From the NCBI GenBank assembly GCA_039815375.1, contig JBCBZJ010000021.1:1-52578 (forward strand): a DNA stretch of 52,578 bases, in the 5' to 3' direction. Below are positions 48,398 to 52,578 of the stretch, piece after piece; positions within the stretch are counted from its first letter, which is position 1, and the number at the start of each line of letters is the position of its first letter. The position numbers and the translations under genes were made by a program. The notes beneath the pieces are model-generated. The model worked only from the letters and a program-made list of their open reading frames with translations. It did no database searches and was not told where the DNA came from. Source of the stretch: Verrucomicrobiota bacterium. GTDB taxonomy: Bacteria; Verrucomicrobiota; Verrucomicrobiia; Opitutales; Coraliomargaritaceae.

Positions 48398-48651
48398 TAA
48401 AGCTTATTCTCGCTCAGCCATGCCTGACCGGCATCGTTTATCTTATACTTTGTGCCACGCTCGGAGCTCACACTGGTGACGAGGCGCCTGTCGTCGGCCA
48501 GGCGGAGTCCATCATCAAACTCGGTTGCCATGAGCCGCGGCGTGGCCATCGAAACATCCTGCTGCAGGTGCTCACCGAGGCAGAGCATGCCATCAGCTTC
48601 TTTGAGCTGCTTGAGAATGTTGCGGAGAATTAGGAATTCGCGGTCATTCAT
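48397..48651 (-). CDS. Mu gp26-like small winged-helix protein
   Basis: IL..L.E..G...L.....LV......Y.I...G pattern; Mu synteny. Confidence 0.6.
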   Translation of the reverse strand: MNDREFLILRNILKQLKEADGMLCLGEHLQQDVSMATPRLMATEFDDGLRLADDRRLVTSVSSERGTKYKINDAGQAWLSENKL

Positions 48652-49073
48652 TATGGTAGCCTTTTTAGGATCTCTTTCATTCCCTCAGATTGTTCTTTGC
48701 GGAATTCACGAAAGTCAGAAGAAAGCAAGTCGAGTGCATCGGTTTGAGCTTTGTTCTCGGTCTTGACCTGACGGACATCAGACTCGAGCCCTCTAACTCT
48801 TTCATGAATTTCTTTGCGGCTTTCCTTTGCCGCTTTATGCCGCTCGTTATTGTTGATCTCGTTCTTATCGACCTTGGCTTCGAGTCTGTGGTGATCACCC
48901 ATTGTCGCGAAGGTCATCGCCCCTTTCACCTCCAGCGGTTGAGGCAGCCTGCCTGTCCCGGTGGCAATCTTGATTTGATTGTAGAGGACAATTAAACAAG
49001 TGAGCGTGACGATCACTGCGACTACGATGATCGCAACAGTCGGATCAATTGAACCAAAGGTGGAAGCGAGCAT
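48651..49073 (-). CDS. Single-TM coiled-coil protein (position of Mu gp25/DUF2730)
   Basis: N-terminal TM helix followed by a coiled coil; Mu synteny. Confidence 0.55.
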   Translation of the reverse strand: MLASTFGSIDPTVAIIVVAVIVTLTCLIVLYNQIKIATGTGRLPQPLEVKGAMTFATMGDHHRLEAKVDKNEINNNERHKAAKESRKEIHERVRGLESDVRQVKTENKAQTDALDLLSSDFREFRKEQSEGMKEILKRLP

Positions 49074-49077
49074 AGGC

Positions 49078-49296
49078 TTAGAATGGAGGGGTTTCGTCGT
49101 CGCCCTTGGCTCGTACCTTCAAAGGCAACTTGCCGTAGTCGAGCACGGCTTGCGCAGCGATCGCCACGATACCTACGATCGCGATCACGATCTGCGTGCC
49201 GAGGTCGCCACTCGCGGCAACTGCTGAGATGGCGGATCCGGCAATTGCCGCCTTTCGGCTCATGCCTGAGCTCGGTGGTTTAGAATCTGCGCCCAT
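49078..49296 (-). CDS. Holin-like small membrane protein
   Basis: MSRKAAIA... with two hydrophobic segments and a charged C-terminus. The start may be the second Met. Confidence 0.5.
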   Translation of the reverse strand: MGADSKPPSSGMSRKAAIAGSAISAVAASGDLGTQIVIAIVGIVAIAAQAVLDYGKLPLKVRAKGDDETPPF

Positions 49297-49323
49297 CTGA
49301 ATCGAAGTACAAATCGCTTTCGA

Positions 49324-49899
49324 CTACTCCCCGAGCGGTAGCTCCGGAAGTGCTTCGATCACATCCGACGAATTATCGACCGTCACTTCGTCCGGGAGGA
49401 TGGCGGAACCGCCAGCCGTTAAAGCGGTTTTAGCTAGGTCGACGGTGCCTTCGATCGCAGCACTTCCGATCTCTGCAATCGCGTCATTGTTGGATTCGAG
49501 TTGAGCGGTGTCGCCGTCGGTCTGCGCCTTTACGGCCTCCACGCTGATCGTCGCGGTATAATCACCGGCACGCATGTAAAGACTGCCGCCGCGCCAAGAG
49601 TCGGGCTGCGTGAGACTAAGGGAATCGCCGTCGTAAAGACCTCGCTCATACTGCGAATCGATCGAAAGCTCAAAGCCGCTCGCCTGCACTTCTTGGTCGA
49701 AGTCCGTGATCACGATAAGCTTCTCATCCTGCCAGCTGCCATCCTCGCCAAAGAATGGTGTCACGCGCTCGTAGCTCATTCTGTTGTTCTGGTAGTTCTG
49801 ATCTGCGCCGGTATTGGCGCATCCGGTGAAAAACAGCGCGGCCAATAGGGCGCAGCTGGCAGCGAGGAAAACTCGCAGTATGCTCGATTGTGTATTCAT
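49324..49899 (-). CDS. Lipoprotein, possible spanin-like lysis protein
   Basis: Lipobox FFTG-C27; probable first gene of the late operon. Confidence 0.6.
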   Translation of the reverse strand: MNTQSSILRVFLAASCALLAALFFTGCANTGADQNYQNNRMSYERVTPFFGEDGSWQDEKLIVITDFDQEVQASGFELSIDSQYERGLYDGDSLSLTQPDSWRGGSLYMRAGDYTATISVEAVKAQTDGDTAQLESNNDAIAEIGSAAIEGTVDLAKTALTAGGSAILPDEVTVDNSSDVIEALPELPLGE

Positions 49900-49930
49900 G
49901 TTTTTGATACGTTCTTGGTTAAAATATTTG

Positions 49931-50109
49931 GCCGGCGGCGCAGGACTCCCGTCGCGCCAGAAATATAGAAGCGCTCAAGCGGTCTGCCCTTTACACGGGG
50001 AAATAAGGAAACCCCGTTTTTCACGCCGCCGACTGTTGGCTTTCCCATGGATTGCGGAAAAAAAGTTCCGGCAAGTTGCGCACCGGGCCTACCCCTAAGC
50101 CCGGCGCGC
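49931..50109 (-). other. Structured RNA-like element upstream of the late operon
   Basis: 12-bp stem 50033-50022 / 49942-49931 enclosing inner hairpins, plus a separate GC-rich hairpin at 50078-50109. Confidence 0.45.
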
Positions 50110-50143
50110 GGTTTTCTGCTTTGTCTATTTACCCCGAAGGAAT

Positions 50144-50617
50144 TCATGTAGAGCTCCCTTTCTTCCGCTTCCGCAGCGCGGTGCCGACAGAGAAGCCAAG
50201 AGCGTTGTAGCGGGCCGGATCGATCCGCCTCATCTGCCTGCGCAGAAGCTGTGTGCTCAGTTCGAATTGATTCGCACAGCCTTGGAAAGTCAGCGACTCG
50301 TCTTCTTCAAAAGCTTGAAAGGCACCTTCAACGATCCGCTGGACATCCTGTTCGGATCGATATTTTCGCGGCGCGGCGCGGCACACCTCGAAAGAAGGAT
50401 GCGCTGACGATGGCGGGCCATTCGTCTCGCCGAGCTCATGTCGAAGCGAGAGTGCCAAGGCATCACTCATTGCGATCTCGATAAACTTGCCTCCGTCGAC
50501 TGAAAACCGAAAAAGGTGAACTTCGATCTCATCGACTACGCGCTTACCATGGGTGAATCCCGCCGCGCGGTAACACTCGGGATGGGCTGAGGATTGACTT
50601 TTATCGGGCTCGTCCAT
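50144..50617 (-). CDS. Putative DNA-binding regulator with C-terminal HTH (possible late-gene regulator)
   Basis: LTFQGCANQFELSTQLLRRQM HTH-like segment; sits at the Mu C-gene position upstream of the lysis genes. Confidence 0.5.
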   Translation of the reverse strand: MDEPDKSQSSAHPECYRAAGFTHGKRVVDEIEVHLFRFSVDGGKFIEIAMSDALALSLRHELGETNGPPSSAHPSFEVCRAAPRKYRSEQDVQRIVEGAFQAFEEDESLTFQGCANQFELSTQLLRRQMRRIDPARYNALGFSVGTALRKRKKGSST

Positions 50618-50629
50618 AGAACGATTCCG

Positions 50630-50688
50630 AGAATATCAAACGCGAGAAGCTAAGACAAAGTTTCCATTGGCTCAGTTGGCTCAGTTGG
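50630..50688 (-). promoter_or_regulatory. Sigma70-type promoter with upstream 9-bp direct repeats
   Basis: TTGTCT (50658-50653), 17-nt spacer, TATTCT (50635-50630) with extended TG. Plus-strand TTGGCTCAG x2 plus TTGG at 50667-50688. Confidence 0.55.
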
Positions 50689-50708
50689 TTTTTTTTGAAT
50701 CAGAGCAC

Positions 50709-50740
50709 AAAAAAACCCCGCTGCGAAAAACGCAGCGGGG
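50709..50740 (-). terminator. Rho-independent terminator after the small peptide ORF
   Basis: Perfect 10-bp stem CCCCGCTGCG-TTTTT-CGCAGCGGGG followed by T7 on the minus strand. Confidence 0.88.
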
Positions 50741-50757
50741 CAGAATATGAGGCTATG

Positions 50758-50901
50758 TTACACCGTCATTATTGTAGGATAAGCTGATCGAGACAATCTT
50801 GTCGCTTCTTCAGCTCCTACGCATTCATCAAGAGCTGTAGAACAACGGTGAATACCGAGATTCAGCAGCACAGTGCTAATGATTGATTTTGCTGTATTCA
50901 T
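50758..50901 (-). CDS. 47-aa peptide (MNTAKSIISTVLLNLGIHRC...AYPTIMTV)
   Basis: ATG at 50901; a strong terminator begins 17 nt past the stop; amphipathic N-terminus. Confidence 0.5.
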   Translation of the reverse strand: MNTAKSIISTVLLNLGIHRCSTALDECVGAEEATRLSRSAYPTIMTV

Positions 50902-51020
50902 GAGAGGCTTAAATCCTAGAAGACCACCTGCAAAGATCAAATAAAACTGGCATTGCGAATGGGGCGAAAGGACTAGTTAAAAACGCTGAGTTTCCCTGAT
51001 ATCTGCTTAGTCTAACTGTT

Positions 51021-52578
51021 ATGGGTCGGTTTTTAATGCTTTTAGCCTGCTATGTCGCAGTGGCGACGGCTTGGGCAGATGGGTGGGGTTCCGACTTGGC
51101 TGGAGGTATCTTTCATCAAGAGATCACCGAAAGAGAGGAGGAGTTTTATTCGGTCTCTCGGACTGCAGACGGCAGAATTATGGTTGCTGGCAAAAGGCTT
51201 AAGATCTGGAACGGTCTTAGCTGGCAAATTATTGGAGGCGCTGAAGGGGCAATGGCCGCTTATCAGGATAAAAGCGGCGTAATCTGGGCCGCGGGGTCTG
51301 GCCGGTTTTATCGAATCGATCAGGATGAGAGTGGGAGCTACCGGACCTTTGATCTCACAGAGAGCATTCTGAGACCAAGAGAAGCGCTTAGCCTGGTCTG
51401 GAAGATTTTCCCAGTTGATGATGGAGTTCTCATCGTCGCTCATTCGGCAGTGATTTTTCATAACGGAGTTTCGGCCATGAGCTGGTCCTTCCAGTCTGAA
51501 GCGAATCGCCTGTTACCTTTTATGTCAGGCAATCGGCCTTACATTTATAGTCGAGGCGAAGGACTATACACCTTCGATGGCGATCTTCGTAAAGTCCTCG
51601 ATGAGCAGCCGGAATTCTCCAGCGGATTCACGGGAATCATGCCCCACAAAACAGGGTGGATTCTGTCCACTTTGACGGACGGCTTCTTCACTTGGGATGG
51701 AAGAGAAAAAGTAGAACCAATCTTCGAGGACATCAGTCCTGGCGATAAGGAGAACATCATTAAGCTGATCGGCCTACAGGATGGAGGCTTTGCCTACATT
51801 ACGCTAAAAGACGTCTACCTTATCTCAGAGGATGGGTTAAAAATCGGTAAGTGGAATCAACCCAAGGGCTTCATCCTGGATATCATTCAGACCGAAGATT
51901 ACAGCTTGTGGGTGGGGTCGACCGTCGGGCTAAGTCGCCTGCGATATCCAGATCTGCGACTATGGGAGACCGAAGATCCGATTTTCATCGAAAGGGCCAT
52001 CACGCTTGCTGATCTCAGCACCGAGCAAGTCATTCTTCGTCATGACGAGAAGGGTGCATCATTCAGTTTTGAGGGGCAGGACTTCCAACTCAAGATGCAG
52101 TCGAATTACGGTGGCTTCATCATCTCTTCGGTCAATCAGGGATACTTCTACAAGCCAACTTCGGGGCGTATTGATTTTTTCGCCGCTAGAAGCGATGGGT
52201 TTAGAAAAGATGGCTCGATTCCCATGAATTTCTGGCCTCACACAGCACTCGAGCTTCTGGACGGTTCTACTATCTGGAGCTCGAACAGCGGCCAGGCCTA
52301 CCTTGCACCGCCGCCGCAAGAATGGGGCGAGCGGCCGGAGTTTTTGAACTTGAGCAACTTTCAGGGATGGCCGGAGACGCGTGAGGCCACCGCCTTCGCC
52401 CAGATCAATGAATTGCAAGTCGTTGCAATCGCTGCAGGGAAGGTCTACAGGCTCGATCAGGCGCGACAGAAGTTCCGACCAATTATTGATCTGCCGATCG
52501 ATCACACATCGGATTCATGGAGTTACCGCACAGCCAAAAAAAACGATGGTTCGGTTGTCATCGCGGCAAGCAGTAGCG
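51021..52578 (+). CDS. Secreted beta-propeller protein (two-component sensor ligand-binding type), truncated by window end
   Basis: Absent from the ORF track because it has no stop. Manual translation is open to the window end: MGRFLMLLACYVAVATAWA signal peptide, then propeller blades such as SVSRTADGRIMVAG, YQDKSGVIWAAG and DIIQTEDYSLWVGSTVGL. Confidence 0.8.
   Translation, partial: MGRFLMLLACYVAVATAWADGWGSDLAGGIFHQEITEREEEFYSVSRTADGRIMVAGKRLKIWNGLSWQIIGGAEGAMAAYQDKSGVIWAAGSGRFYRIDQDESGSYRTFDLTESILRPREALSLVWKIFPVDDGVLIVAHSAVIFHNGVSAMSWSFQSEANRLLPFMSGNRPYIYSRGEGLYTFDGDLRKVLDEQPEFSSGFTGIMPHKTGWILSTLTDGFFTWDGREKVEPIFEDISPGDKENIIKLIGLQDGGFAYITLKDVYLISEDGLKIGKWNQPKGFILDIIQTEDYSLWVGSTVGLSRLRYPDLRLWETEDPIFIERAITLADLSTEQVILRHDEKGASFSFEGQDFQLKMQSNYGGFIISSVNQGYFYKPTSGRIDFFAARSDGFRKDGSIPMNFWPHTALELLDGSTIWSSNSGQAYLAPPPQEWGERPEFLNLSNFQGWPETREATAFAQINELQVVAIAAGKVYRLDQARQKFRPIIDLPIDHTSDSWSYRTAKKNDGSVVIAASSS

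Larger units (their letters stand above)
24791..50617 (-). mobile_element. Mu-like (transposable) siphovirus-type prophage, late region; right boundary not determined
   Basis: Mu-like gene order gp25-gp26-gp27-terminase-gp29 portal-I/Z-capsid-gp36, with gpF/gpG and tail genes. Terminal TG with tandem repeats. No sheath gene. Confidence 0.88.

Noticed and set aside
49896..50147. 83-aa ORF bridging the HTH gene and the lipoprotein gene
   Set aside because: It overlaps both neighbours by 4 nt, but the sequence is Arg/Gly/Pro-rich and coincides with strong RNA stems. Not called, though a leader-peptide role is not excluded.
51042..52505. Track ORFs 51042..51461, 51052..51282, 51545..51760, 52006..52227 and 52059..52505
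   Set aside because: All overlap the long plus-strand propeller ORF starting at 51021, which explains the region better.

Overview
The window has two parts. Bases 1-~24,790 are bacterial chromosome; protein style suggests Verrucomicrobiota/Opitutia, but this is an inference. This part carries a triple-PA14 secreted protein, alr, tsaB, a DHODH-like flavoprotein, cysC-cysD-cysN, a MASE1 hybrid histidine kinase, P-II, an M42 peptidase, PPi-dependent PFK, a divergent four-gene chaperone-usher-like pilus operon, an MFS transporter, an RRM protein, a MYG1-like hydrolase, a secreted alpha/beta-hydrolase and L-LDH. From a Mu-type transposon end at 24,791 (TGT plus tandem 13-bp repeats) to at least ~50.6 kb lies the late region of a Mu-like, sheath-less (siphovirus-type) prophage on the minus strand. 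No transposase or repressor is in the window. Highlights: (i) three adjacent head proteins, including the major capsid protein, share an exactly colinear hydrophobic N-terminal leader ending D-x-x-R-T-x-x-G-x-x-A-[VI]-x-A-N, and 'AN' recurs 12 times in the protease/scaffold, which suggests a leader-directed head-targeting and maturation code; (ii) a C5 DNA methyltransferase is split across two almost fully overlapping reading frames (M.EcoHK31I-like); (iii) a MuF protein has a C-terminal PBECR-like nuclease but no adjacent immunity ORF; (iv) a 47-aa peptide gene with its own terminator lies divergent from a secreted beta-propeller protein that the ORF track missed; (v) a structured RNA element precedes a lysis region with no recognisable endolysin. 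All family assignments come from motif recognition by eye, not database searches.
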